A stretch of DNA of 63,488 nt, counting the filler, from Klebsormidium nitens (taxonomy: Eukaryota > Plantae > Klebsormidiophyceae): the NCBI GenBank assembly GCA_000708835.1. It is 8 parts of 8 records of this genome, joined end to end, with 100 filler letters (N's around TTAATTAATTAA, not from the genome) between each part and the next. Parts side by side here need not be neighbours in the genome. Positions count along the whole stretch, not along the records: positions 20,683 to 26,701 come from DF238384.1; positions 26,802 to 32,931 come from DF238376.1; positions 33,032 to 36,474 come from DF238577.1; positions 36,575 to 43,669 come from DF238318.1; 4 more parts are not named here. One strand, written 5' to 3'. Both the position numbers and the translations under genes were made by a program. Within the stretch, counting starts at the first letter, position 1, and every line of letters begins with the position of its first letter. Shown in pieces: positions 26,130 to 36,934 of this stretch. Under the pieces are notes generated by a model. It had not been told where the DNA came from, ran no database searches, and saw only the letters and a list, made by a program, of their open reading frames with translations.

Positions 26130-26701
26130 GCTGGCTATGGCTATGCACACTATCAGAATACTCCGAGACCATTCCAGCAACCCAAGATTCCTTACCGGAA
26201 GGGGTACAGATGTCGAAACTGTCGAACGTTCCCCGAGGGGGCGGTTGACCAGGTTGACCAGAAACAGCAGCAGCCAGTACTTCAGGTTCTTCGATGGGTT
26301 TGATGACAGCGAGGAACACGCTCAGGCCCTTCCTGTAGGCGCGCTTCATCTGCGTAGCACTGACCACAGTTAGTGGCGTATCACTAACCTCAGGTCTGAC
26401 CTCCCTGTGCAGAGGAGCTCTAGCTACGGTAACCTTTCCGTCGACCCTTCTTAACCAGTACAACAGAACGCTCAAAATCCAGAATGCACTTATGGCCAGT
26501 CATAAATTTCTGACCCAGAATCACATCAACCTCATGGAGCAATGGCATCACAGAGCAGCGAACAGCAGACTGGAAAGTGCCCAGCTTCAGATACACGTTT
26601 GCCTCGCCATCAGTGGTTACAACCTCGTTAGAGCCTAACCGAATTTGCCGAGGAGTTGGGTCAACAGAGATTCCAGTTTGCTTCGCAAACTTAGATGAAA
26701 T
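26130..26701 (-). mobile_element. Ty3/gypsy aspartic protease and pre-RT linker fragment
   Basis: ISSKFAKQTGISVDPTPRQIRLGSNEVV..DVILGQKFMTGHKCILDF, frameshift, VSATQMKRAYRKGLSVFLAVIK..SEYSD. Stops before RT. Confidence 0.8.
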
Positions 26702-26801
26702 NNNNNNNNNNNNNNNNNNNNNNNNNNNNNNNNNNNNNNNNNNNNTTAATTAATTAANNNNNNNNNNNNNNNNNNNNNNNNNNNNNNNNNNNNNNNNNNN
26801 N
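26702..26801. other. Artificial contig linker
   Basis: N44-TTAATTAATTAA-N44. Confidence 0.97.
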
Positions 26802-26875
26802 AGTCACAATTAAAGCAATATGCTACGGCACTGCTACGGTATGCCAGGCGCACCCTATTAAAGGCCCGGGCGACC

Positions 26876-27330
26876 TGTTCAGAAATTCAGGGTTCAGAAG
26901 GAACCCGAAAGAAACTGAAATGAAGCCCGGTTCAGCGTTCGCTCCGGGGCCGCCGGCCCTACTAAGGGGTCCCGCACGAGTTGTTCAGAAATTCAGGGTT
27001 CAGAAGGAACCCGAATGAAGCTGAAATGAAGCCCGGTTCAGCGGCCGCCAGCCCCTAGGGGTCCCGGTCGAGTTGTTCAAAAAATCAGTGTTCAGAAGGA
27101 ACCCGAATGAAGCTGAAATGAAGCCCGGTTCAGCGGGCACCCCGGGGCTGCGGGCCTTAGGCCCGGTCCGGGTCCACTCGTTCAGAAATCCAGGGTTCAG
27201 GAGGAACCCGAATGAACATGAATTGAAGCCCGGTTCAGCTTGTACCCGGCGCAGCCCGGTCCGCCCCGGTCCTCTTGTTCAAATATTTAGGGTTCAGAAG
27301 GAACCCGAATGGACCTGTAATTGAACCCGG
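26876..27330 (+). repeat. Array of five 61-bp conserved repeats separated by 31-45-bp variable GC-rich spacers
   Basis: Consensus tgttcagaaattcagggttcagaaggaacccgaatgaagctgaaatgaagcccggttcagc at 26876, 26982, 27074, 27179 and 27276 (last divergent). Internal dyad TTCaGGGTTC-agaag-GAACCCGAA. Confidence 0.92.
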
Positions 27331-27871
27331 CACACGTTCACCCAACATTGCTAGTCGGTTTTGATGTTAATAGCATGGTCCGGATCTGCTGTGATTTTCC
27401 GTTTGCCATGCCTTTTCGAAATCTGACAGTCAAGATAGCCCTGATTGCTACTCGGTTTGAACGTTTAGCAGGGTTCCGGGCAGTTGCGATTTGCTTTTCG
27501 CAATGTCATTTAATCTCTATTGATGGAAAAATATATAAAATACGGCCGGAATGGACGATTCCGTACAGTGAGTGTGGTGTGTGTAGTATATACAGCCGGT
27601 GGCAACGGTAAATAACGGTGGATCCAGTAGGGAAACGGGTTGTACCAGTAGGACTACCTACTACCGTATTTAAGGTACCGTACACAGGAACGGAGTCCGG
27701 GTAGGTACTCGTCCGGCCGCGGCCCGAAAGTACTCGAAATATTCCGAAAATCCTGCGATTCTGCTTGATGCAGTCGCGCACACGGACTCTCAGACTGAGA
27801 GTTATATATTACCTATAATACTACACTGTTTACGAAGACCCACGGCGGTCCGAGCCCCGGGGGCTCGGTTC

Positions 27872-27972
27872 AGAAGTTCAGGGTTCAGGAGAACCCTGAA
27901 TGAACCCTGTATGAACAGTCACGGGACGTTCATTCAGGGTTCATTGAGGGTTCTCCTGAACCCTGAGTTTCT
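27872..27972. repeat. Near-perfect 45-bp-arm palindrome built from a variant of the array repeat
   Basis: agaagttcagggttcaggagaaccctgaatgaaccctgtatgaac / 11-nt loop / gttcattcagggttcattgagggttctcctgaaccctgagtttct. Preceded by the hairpin ccgagcccc-g-ggggctcgg (27850-27868). Confidence 0.9.
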
Positions 27973-28559
27973 GGAAGCCCCCGGTGGGCTGCCCCCCAGG
28001 TTCACTTGGACCAAAAAGCTATTACACTGTAGTTTAACCACAGATCATAGGGCCCAGTCACTTATTCCGGAAATTCGGGATTCAGGAGGAGCCTGAATGA
28101 AGTCTGAATGAATGATTTGAAAATCCTCAGATGTGCTTCAAAGTTTGCGTACAGGTCCGGTACATTGCAATAGACATACCTAATAGTACTACGGTAAGTA
28201 GCATGATTCGTTCAGGTACGGTACCTACGGTACCTCTGAGTGGTCAGACGCACCGTGGTACCGTTTGGGGCGGTGCTAACTGCATGGAATCTGAATTCGA
28301 TGAATTTTCAAAGAAAATCTGAAGTTTGCGCAAAACGCGCCAAGTCTTGCAGTCGAGCCTTTATAGTCACTGTTCAGATAGCGCGCGATGGATTTCAGGC
28401 GCGCATTGGCCCTGCCTGAAGGAATCCAAATGAAGCCCCAAAAATGGGTGTTCAGGCCCCCACCGGCACAGTATGACCACGGGAATGTCTGCCAAACATT
28501 AGGAAGTAAGGTGAGTAGTTCCCTAGTGCTCCTTGCTTTGACCAGTGCGGTATCCCATG

Positions 28560-29074
28560 GCAATCCAAGGAATCGCCTTATCCCAGGTATCAAGTGCATG
28601 TGTCAATATGTACTTACGTACGGCTCGCTTAGTTGTTTGAACTGCACGTTCAGCGAGGCCGTCGGCTTGAGGGTGATCGCGTGAGGTTTCACGGTGATCA
28701 ATTAGAAGTTCCTTACATAAGGTGTCAAATTCTCCTTGGAATTCTTGTCCTTGATCAGTAAGTACTTCTGCGGGTGCGCCAAAGTGGGTGCAAGCTTAAA
28801 GGAAGGCCTTCGCAGTTTCTTCAGAGGTATTGTCGGGGAGTGGAACGAGCTCCAACCACTTTGAGAAGTGCTCTATCATTACCATGATGTAATGATATCC
28901 AGTTGCTGATGGGGAAAGCGGCCCTGCTAGGTCGCAACTCCATCGGTACCCTAAGCCCATGATTGGAAGGGGCTTGAGTACTGAGTCCTTGATATTAAAA
29001 CTGGTTTTGACGCGGTCACACACTTGACAACTAGCTACTAATTGCGCGATCCGTTCGTGCATTCCTGCCCACAC
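28560..29074 (-). mobile_element. Ty3/gypsy integrase fragment (zinc-finger end plus rve core), with stops
   Basis: WAGMHERIAQLVASCQVCDR..RWSCDLAGP..IEHFSKW..AFL*ACTHFGAPAEVLTDQGQEFQGEF..DHPQADGLAERAVQT: D,D(35)E motifs. Confidence 0.9.
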
Positions 29075-29087
29075 CTGTGTGGGTTCT

Positions 29088-32000
29088 ATGACGCGGAGTG
29101 TGAACCCCGAGAAGTTTCTTTGTGCGCCAGAGATTGGGCTTCAGATTGAGAACTTAGATCTGCACATCAAGGCAGGGTCCAAGCAGGAGCACACGCTTCT
29201 TCTCGACATGAAGGATGGTGGGGGATGGCCGAACGGTGTCAGAGGCAGCAGTGAAATTGAGCCGCAGCACGTCCTGAAGCGCACTGCAGTGGCACTCTGC
29301 GGAGGCATCCAGCCAGATATCGCGCTCAGTTTCCTCACAAATGAGACAAACGTAGCGATGGGACTGTCTGGACGGTTTGAGATGACGGCGCCGCGCAGGC
29401 TGCACGTCGAGAGTCTTTCTGAGCTGCGCACTGAGACGCTGCCAAGACGGAAAGCTGTAAACCGCGGCCCCGAAGTCCCTGCTAGGCAGCTCGTCTTCTC
29501 GGGCACCGAGTTGCGTGGCATGCGGGCACAGGATGCGGAAGCGTCAGGGCCGCCGTCATCAGCGGAGAATGGCAGCTCGGAAAGAGCGCCAGGTCAGTGG
29601 TATGAGAGCGAGATGTTGACATGGGTACAAGCGCGGCAAGGGCTTCCGGAGAGCGATTCCCAGCCAGGGGGCGACGAAGGTGGCGAGGAACTTAAGAGGA
29701 GCCTGTGCGCTTTGCAGCCAAGGAGTACCTTATTGATGCGAGGCTGTTGTGGAGGTACATGGTTTATGTTCGTTGAGTCGGGAATCTGCATGGTCATCTC
29801 CCTCCCAAGGCTGATCATTATTTCGTATGTAGCACCTTGGTGTTCCAACCCAAAGCATCACAGGTAGTTTGTTCTCAAGTTTCTTCGGGATCTTTCACAG
29901 AATGTTGTTCATGTGTCCGTTGTCTTTGCGGATGGCGTGTGCAGTGATTGGAAAGTGCCACCTGTGTTTGATCTTGGAGACGCTGTGGTCAATAATATCG
30001 TCAGCATCGATCTGCTTATTGATAGACGGTGCCTCATGAAAACAGAGTTTTGAATTTTGTATTCATGAGGTGCTTCTGCTCATAACCTGCTCTTGAACTG
30101 GAATGGAGCTCTTGAGCATGAAAGCAACCATGCAGAAACCAGTGTGGCGCCGCAGGTCTGCTGTGAAGCACTAAGACCTTGATTTGTTACCTCTATCGCA
30201 TGTACATAATTCGCCCAACCCCAGAAAGCAGCGGTCTGACTTCGTTTGTTGTGCTCTTATTTGCAGGTGCTGTGCAACAGCTATAGGTGCCGTCACAGGA
30301 TGGAGATTCCAGAGAGTGAAGCGCTGTGCCAGGCGATCACGACGTTCTACACCCGGAGTGACGAAGCGTTCGAGCTGCTGGACCAGCAGTTCCGGCGCTT
30401 CAACACTGCTTCTACGCTGTGCGAGAAGATGGGGTTGAGCAACAGTTTGAGTGAGCAATAACTGGCATCCATGACCTATGGTCGACAGGGACTGAGATTG
30501 AAAGCGGTTGGTCTCTCATTGTAGGGGCCCCTGTGCACACGTGTCGGCGAATTGGTACAGGTTCTATGCTTGGGAGAGTGGTGTCCGCTGGCGTTGGCTA
30601 AGTGTCCTGGTTGCGTTTGTAGCAACGTGCACAGCCTTCTGGTGATTTTACGTAGTTGTTGATTCATGCCGGACGAAAAGGTTTGAGTTCCTGCAAAAGT
30701 TCGTGAGACACGTCGTTGACATCTCCATTCTGCTCACCCGGACGGCTCGCACCAGTTTTCACAGGCGTTAACATTTGCAAGGGGTCAGCTTTTCAATCTA
30801 TTGCTAACAACACGTCTTTGTGTAGCCAGAGCTTGCACACAATCATCTTTTGGAAGATGGAATCGGCGATAAAATGAGGTGACAGGGTAGGGGCCAGAAA
30901 ACGGCCTCACAAGTGCACCCCGACACTCTCGTAGGTCTCTTGGGGAAGGGCGTCGGGAAGCTGATAATGTTCTCGGCCCTCATCCACGGCCTTGCTGAGT
31001 CGGAGACGGCGCTCGCTCTTGGACTCGATCCTGGCGCCGTCCGCATCCTTCCAGTGATCCAGAAGAGGAGCGTGGAGATGGCGCTGCGAGTCATGGACAT
31101 GTTCGACCGTCAAAAGATGACGTTTGTAGGGTAGTAGGAGCTGTTGGACGTCTATGAGGGCCGCGCCGTGGAAGAAGTGAACGAGCCCTGGGCGAACCAT
31201 GCATGGCCGCGGCTGCTGGTGGGTGTGATTTTGTATGGAATTATAGTCCAGGAGTTTAACGTGCTAGTTTCAGTTCCATGTCGTCGCTCGGAATCGCTAG
31301 CTTTTGGAAGGCTTAGCAAAACTCTAGAATCAGCTCCCAACCAGCCTCGGCAAGGACGGTCAAAACGTTCCAAGGACTCGGAACGGCCCTAACATTGCTG
31401 ACAGTGATGTTGACAATGGTCGTGTAGATTGGCGCTATGGAAAGCAGAAGTCCAGGAAATCAGCATGGAGGCCGCAAAGGCACGCTGAAAGAAAAGCGGA
31501 GTGGAAATTAACCTTTTGCAAACAAGCAATCTGTCTCACGTTGCAGTTGTCGTTCCTCTTGCAGCCACCGCTGGCGAAATCCGCCGTGAAAATGCTCAAG
31601 AAGTTTGCCGTCGCTGAGAAGCTGCCCATTACGACGATCAACAAGGCTGCCCCATTCGCGTCCGGTGAGGAGCTCCAGGCGCGGAAGAACCTCGGCGTTG
31701 ATCTGGGCCGCGATCGACCTGTCCCCGATCGAGTACACGCGGCAAGTGGTAGAGTACGTCATCAACTTCGAAGAGGGCGTCTTCGGGCGCGTCGTCGAGG
31801 ATCACGAGGTCGTGCCAAGTAAGTTTGAGCAGTCTGGTGGAATAACCGACATTACTTGTTACGTTTTCATTGCATTGAATCAGTGGCGTGGTTCGTTACG
31901 TTGCACTATTTGTGTCTCTTTTTGGTCTGAAAGATCCTATCGGTTTAACGAGTTCCCTTTTGCTCATGAACCCACCTTCAGACGCCCTGCCTCAAAGTGC

Positions 32001-32883
32001 AACAAATTCATCATACCTTTGGACATAAGAGGTCTGAAATCGCTCGTTCGAAATCAGAAGAGGTCTGAGGTTGCTCGTTCGAAGAGCAGCAAAACTGCGT
32101 GCCCACGCAATTTGACAAATCGACATGGCCACATGCAGACTGTCCGGGCGCGCCCCCGAGCAAGCAGATGCGCGAACGAGGAACAGTGTTCTGCAAGAAG
32201 GTCCTGGAGTCCACTGAGGACAGGGAGAAGTTGATTGGGGCGCTTGAGCGCTGCCTTGGCAACAATCTGGGCATCGAGGAGTTGTGGCCCGGTGGTGTCC
32301 ACCGGCCTCCTCCTTCAGGCCGGGGCGCTCACAGGTGGGGGCTTCAAACGGGACCGCTGCGCGTACTTGTTTGAAGCGCTGAACACTTGTTACAACGGGC
32401 AATGTCCTTAAATGTGCGATGGGAAGACGAACCTGGCCGATCATTTTCGAGGGTTTTCTGCATGCTTCCAGTTCAAGGAGGGAACGTCGACGTGAATCGT
32501 AGTCTGTTTGCCTGTCTCCGGTTGCTATATCGATTGGCGTCGTTGGCAGGGACGTTGGGCTCTTGGTGAGCAGCCCAAGTGCTACTCAGTGATGCAAAGC
32601 TGGCCGGAGATGGGAAACCACTTTTGCCTTGTTGCGCAGGAACGATGACGTCGCCGGGAGTGTCGAAGAGATGAGCGAGGCACAGGACCGGGGCCCAAGC
32701 AACGAGAACCAGGAACCGGGGGCAGGACCGGCTGCAGACACGGGCAACGATCGGTCGCCTCCGACTGCCGACGGCCACCAGGACCCGGGCCTACGGAAGA
32801 GTCAGTGGTCGACGATGCAGAACCAGCAGTCCGTACCGGAAGAGGGCACCGAGCCACCGGCCAAGAGATCGAAGGGGAAATGA
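29088..32883 (+). pseudogene. Multi-exon pseudogene of an unknown family (RSVNxEKFLCAPE motif)
   Basis: Protein-like exons near 29088, 30267, 30910-31228, 31564-31818, 32168 and 32640-32883 with GT-AG edges. Tandem in-frame TAG TAG at 31132-31137 and a frameshift near 31690. Confidence 0.55.
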
Positions 32884-32931
32884 CTAGAGTACGGTCTGTG
32901 ATTGAGCAATCAAGTAAAATGTGTCTGGTGT

Positions 32932-33031
32932 NNNNNNNNNNNNNNNNNNNNNNNNNNNNNNNNNNNNNNNNNNNNTTAATTAATTAANNNNNNNNNNNNN
33001 NNNNNNNNNNNNNNNNNNNNNNNNNNNNNNN
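32932..33031. other. Artificial contig linker
   Basis: N44-TTAATTAATTAA-N44. Confidence 0.97.
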
Positions 33032-33090
33032 TATCATTTTCCGATCGCAGCCTTAGAAAACCAGGCGCGCTACCACTAAGCTACTATCGA
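33032..33090 (-). tRNA. tRNA-like 5' half (possibly intron-containing, or a tRNA-derived SINE head), truncated by contig end; isotype uncertain
   Basis: Minus strand TCGATAG-TAGCTTAGTGGTAGCGCG-CCTGGTTTTCTAA: A-box/D-arm pattern and an anticodon-like loop (TCT or TTC depending on register). T-arm and B-box absent from the available sequence. Confidence 0.35.
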
Positions 33091-34437
33091 TTGCGGCTTG
33101 GGTAGGTAATCAGTAAATATATATATAAATTACCGGCCGGCCGCTGTCAATTTCCGGGTGAAATTTGAGCGGCCAACCTAGGGCCGTGCCCACGTGTCGT
33201 GTCGCCAACCGGTCCCTATCCCCGGACCGCACCGCGGTCGGTCCTGTGGCGCCTCCCGAGTCCATACTACTCAGAGTGGTACATACCTGGCCTAGGGTAT
33301 GTACCGTCGATCTGCGATCTCTCCATCCGCCGTCGATGATCGCATCGACGGTCGGAGTTCAAATTTCGGGCCCGTGGCCAACTCAAATAGGTAGTTCAAA
33401 TTTAAAATTCGACTCACTCAGTCACTCACGCAGTGACCTACCTACCTACCTAGCCTAGACTCAGCCTAGGCCTAGATTCGACACATCATATAGGCCTAGA
33501 CTCGACAATGAAGTAGGTCGCTAGCTAGGTAACCCATGACTCGGGCGCCGTGTTGTAGGGCGCCACATGGCGCGGGCCTTCCAAGTTACCTTCAGATTTC
33601 AGTGCAATGACACCCTGCAACGGCATTGTCCGTGTGCGTTAATAGAGCAGCGGAGCAATGGCGGCCGGGGATCGCAGATGTCAGACAAGAGGCGGCTGAC
33701 TTCCAAATGGAGCGCAACATGTGGAGACAACCCCAAAGGAAAGAGAGCATATGCAACATTATGCTCGGCTTCCAGAACTCTGAATCAAGAGGCTCTAGCT
33801 AGATAAAGTAAGAGATTCAAATAGATGTGAGTCTTTTGAAGATGGCACCGGATGCCGCAGTGGCATAGTAAGTTACCGCCATTTGGGTACGTGCAAGTGA
33901 CTCAAGTGGATTCTCTGAAGAATTGTGTGAGAGTTGTTCATCTTGACTATTATCATTGCAATGTTTGCTGATAGAGTTCTCATGTACAAACCAGCTTTGC
34001 AGCTCGATATTGAGTTGGATCATTCCCACTGATTACCTCAATCGCTCATTTGTCTGCTAATTGTACATTGCAGGATAAGCATTGTTGTCAATCAAGGTCT
34101 GCGTGATGATCAAGAAAGGCAACAATTGAGGGTGAGACACGAGTTATACTACCTTGTCAAGCGTTGACGGTAGTATGTAGGTTGATCTCAATTGATGTCT
34201 TGACCAATTACGTGAGTGCCTGTCATTTTCAATGTGTCTTTGCTGCTGGCGCACAACTTACGCTGGTGAGGGATATGGAGGTTTCAGCGTAATCTGCGCG
34301 CCTAGACTCATTCGGGCGCATTATCTCCGCAGGAACGCGGGAGCAACGCTTATGAAGGAGCTGTTATGTAAGTTCTGAAAGCCGTTACATTTGAAGGAAG
34401 TTTCTACTTTGTTGGTAGCAGATCCATGTTGCAATAA

Positions 34438-34537
34438 GTGGAGGAAAACTAAGCGAAGCAAAGCAAAGTTGGAGCCCCCCTGAGCGGAGCGAAGTCGGGG
34501 CGGAAACTTCGCTTTGCTTCGCTCAGTTTTCCTCCGC
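34438..34537. repeat. 33-bp-stem hairpin
   Basis: gtggaggaaaactaagcgaagcaaagcaaagtt pairs with aacttcgctttgcttcgctcagttttcctccgc: 2 mismatches, 1 G-U, 34-nt loop. Confidence 0.85.
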
Positions 34538-35347
34538 TGCACCGCAGGGCGGAAGTTTTTGCAGAAGTTTTGGGCATTGAGAAAGGCTTTTCGTGCATTC
34601 TGAGAGCATCGTGGCGTCCTAAGTGTCCTAGGCAAAAACATTGTAGCTAGTCGTTTTATTATATGCAATTTCGTCGTTTTGCGCAAAGTTTACGACCATC
34701 ATCCATTTCGAGGTTTCTGCGTAAACTTTGCGCTGGTCCTCAGAATGTTGCCTATGCCGGCCAATCCCTGTGTCTTGCCATGTCAACGTCGCACATATGA
34801 GATTCGTGCCGTATGACATGGTGATGACATGCCGTGCCAATATCGTACACATGCCGTTGCGGCTGCCTGACAACCAGACTGCATGTGCCGTACCACAACG
34901 TGCACCGGGCCCCAGAGTGCCGCACGTGCGCCGGGTACCTGTGCCGCTCCTGCCGTCTCGGCACCAGGACGGCTGCCTGCCGGCACCAACACAACCGAAC
35001 GGCAGGCTGCGGCACCTCGATGACTGCCGGAGCGGCACACCCTGACGGCATGTGCCGTAACTGCCGCCGGCAGCTTGCGGCACCTGGGCGGCAAGCTGGA
35101 AAATTTGCGATGTAGACCTTGGACACTTGGACACGCCGAGACGGGCTCTTCCACTGATGACGTCAGCAACGAGCGACCGCAAAAAGTTTGTGCTAGACCT
35201 TGGACACTTGGACACGGCAGCAAGACCAGCTTGCGCAGTGATGACGTCGGCAATGGCTAAAAGGTGCATAAGGATTTCAATTGTGGTTGGAAGCACCGAG
35301 TGCCTTCATGGATTGCGGACGTGGACGTCAAGTGTTGCAAAACATAC

Positions 35348-36474
35348 CTCCGGATGTGGCCCGCACAGAGAGCAGCACTCCATGATCTGCCGCCCGCACA
35401 GCTTAAAGAAGCCAAGGCTCGCCTTACGCCAACACTCCTCCGACAAGAGTGTCGCATCGGGGTTGTATTGGCGCCGCACATCATTTCCAGCTGCGACGAG
35501 CGAGCTGAAAGCAGCTCCTGATTTCTGAACGGATCGTAGCAGCATTTGACACGCGGCTTGTGTGACGATCAGCCCTCGCGTCCATGCGTACAGTCCGAAC
35601 GCCTCTCCATTAAAATGAACGGTATGCTTCTCGGGGCACGCGCAGCAATAGATCCGGAGCTTGACCTGCACAAGAGTAGAATCCAAACGGTTCCCATTGC
35701 TGACTGGCAGCTTTAATTCAATCCCGACTTCGGCTAGTAGAATCAGGTTGAAGCATCGAAATCTAGCTTGAAACATTGCGCGGCTCTTTATACAAACCGT
35801 CTGCTCTCATTGATGAAGTATTCTTTATGTCGATTCTACCAACTCATGCGTCAGCTTTCCAAGCAAGAAAGACAAAGGATATAGAGCTATGCGCAATTAT
35901 CTTTACCTCTTGCGACCAATACAAGTCGTATATTTGTGCACTCTGCCACAACCCCAACCATCTGGTCCGGCAAAGAGGTGGCGCTCGCGGGCACGGGGCG
36001 GAAAAACTCTTTGCATCACTAAGCTCTTCGAAATCCCGGGCCGTGAGCTCGCTGACTCGAACAGGCCTTTGCAGCAGCGACACCTCGGGGTCGTGGACCT
36101 GCCAGGAGTCCGTCGGGCGAACGAGTTTGGGCACTTCCATCTGCACGCCCTCAGCTTCCATGGGCAACACCGTCGCAGCACCGCGAGAGGCACCATGCGT
36201 GCACACGTTCGAGGGGCACACGCAGAGGTTACACACCGGAATCGAGAACGCGTTCCGATCATCGACCTGGGGAGCGCTCTCCATTTCCCGCCCCCTCTCC
36301 TCAGCTGCATCCGACACAACCTCCCCCGTGCTGCCCGTTGCAGCATCCGGCTCCTCCCTCTCTGTGCCTTTTGCCGCCCAGAACGTTTTGGTTCTCCGTT
36401 TGCCCGATCTCACGCTCGCCTCCCAAACGCCACCGGAGCTTTCTCCTTGCTCCGATCGAGCTCGCTTTCCATTC
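35348..36474 (-). mobile_element. KDZ (Kyakuja-Dileera-Zisupton)-associated CxC cysteine cluster (CxC4/HMGXB3-like), spliced, catalytic domain missing
   Basis: Exons <36474-35907 and 35665-35348 splice to PCPRAPPLCRTRW..AQIYDLYWSQE-VKLRIYCCACPEKHTVHFNGEAFGLYAW..WRKASLGFFKL..CCSLCGPHPE, then a GT donor. Matches the C.C..ydG..gifn..C..CG..P pattern that precedes KDZ transposase domains. Confidence 0.65.
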
Positions 36475-36574
36475 NNNNNNNNNNNNNNNNNNNNNNNNNN
36501 NNNNNNNNNNNNNNNNNNTTAATTAATTAANNNNNNNNNNNNNNNNNNNNNNNNNNNNNNNNNNNNNNNNNNNN
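36475..36574. other. Artificial contig linker
   Basis: N44-TTAATTAATTAA-N44. Confidence 0.97.
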
Positions 36575-36934
36575 CCAGACAGGACACTGGTGGATCCCGC
36601 TCAAGTGTTTGATCCACATGCAGCTAAATCCGCTCTAGATCGCTGCAGGATAAATGCCTAGCGGCAAGCAGTGTAGGCTGTAGCAGGGGACGCAATGCTG
36701 CAGCCAGTGCAAGCTGTCTCATGCAGCTGAATTGGACGTCTTTCCCCATTGAAACCCTTGATTTCAGCCCGTGGTTATCAGGCTGTAACAGCGATTAAAT
36801 CTATTTCGCTTGATCTTCGCCCAGATTCCCGGATTCCTGCTGTTTTCTTGGGGTGCAAGCTCTTTTATCGCCAGCTCAGCGTCAGGATACTTCAACCACG
36901 TCCTTATACTGAGTGCGCCGTAGTTCACTGAGCT

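Noticed and set aside
26876-27330. Bona fide CRISPR array
   Set aside because: Repeats are 61 bp, spacers are homologous to each other, no cas genes are present, and the context is spliceosomal eukaryotic DNA.
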